NCBI GenBank assembly: GCA_043771335.1
Contig: JAYVHM010000015.1
Span: 1 to 37,199, forward strand
DNA from: a bacterium
GTDB taxonomy: Bacteria; Patescibacteriota; Minisyncoccia; Phycocordibacterales; UBA5272
Length of the DNA stretch: 37,199 nucleotides
Reading direction: 5' to 3'
A program made the translations under genes and the position numbers. Within the stretch, counting starts at the first letter, position 1. Each line of letters opens with the position of its first letter. A model generated the notes under the pieces. That model searched no databases, was not told the DNA's origin, and saw nothing but the letters and a program-made list of their open reading frames with translations. Positions 37,107 to 37,199 of this stretch are shown one piece after another.

Positions 37107-37199
37107 ATGTCAGAAAATAATAAAGATATACAAAATAGACTGTGGGCAGCCGCAGAACAACTCCGTGCCAATGGAAGTTTAAAGCTAAACGAAATAGGG
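37107..37199 (+). CDS. hsdM: Type I restriction-modification methyltransferase subunit, N-terminus only (runs off window)
   Basis: MSENNKDIQNRLWAAAEQLRANGSLKLNEIG matches the HsdM N-terminal LWxAAxxLRAN pattern; TGgTATAAT upstream. Confidence 0.7.
   Translation, partial: MSENNKDIQNRLWAAAEQLRANGSLKLNEIG

Noticed and set aside
317-37171. Numerous antisense or alternate-frame ORFs in the track (e.g. 10405-10887, 18118-18777, 22376-23041, 33000-33398)
   Set aside because: They shadow well-supported genes and have no motifs or expression signals.
1-37199. CRISPR array, transposase/integrase, rRNA, or TGA recoding (code 25)
   Set aside because: No regularly spaced repeats, recombinase motifs or rRNA-like segments seen; long conserved genes translate fully in code 11.

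Overview
AT-rich bacterial chromosomal segment in genetic code 11 (tRNA-Trp CCA; long core ORFs contain no in-frame TGA). Gene content suggests a Patescibacteria/CPR (Parcubacteria-like) genome (inference): short HolB-like protein, alpha2-type GlyRS, an array of TrbC/VirB2-like pilins after an orphan solute-binding protein, and core genes without Shine-Dalgarno (SD) sequences. Core genes, all on +: mreB, holB-like, frr, rseP, trhO, serS, sod, clpB, class II photolyase, dsbA-like, ychF, dnaJ, gyrA, glyQS, a CDF transporter, rpmG, tRNA-Trp, rpmJ-rpsM-rpsK-rpsD-rpoA-rplQ-rplM-rpsI, an HD hydrolase and the start of a type I R-M hsdM. The strongest unexplained signal is a set of solitary transcription units between core genes. 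Each has a -35/-10 promoter and its own intrinsic terminator; the six protein-coding ones also have an SD-like motif, and four have a boxA-like leader motif. Two share an identical 13-mer at identical spacing from the -10. One unit has no credible ORF and looks like a structured ~205-nt ncRNA between dnaJ and gyrA. Other oddities: a 5'-truncated paralog with a covarying duplicate terminator, a two-pilin polyprotein, an (AG)4 frameshift in a dehydrogenase-like gene, and a duplicated tRNA 3' half. All calls come from reading the sequence; no database searches were run.
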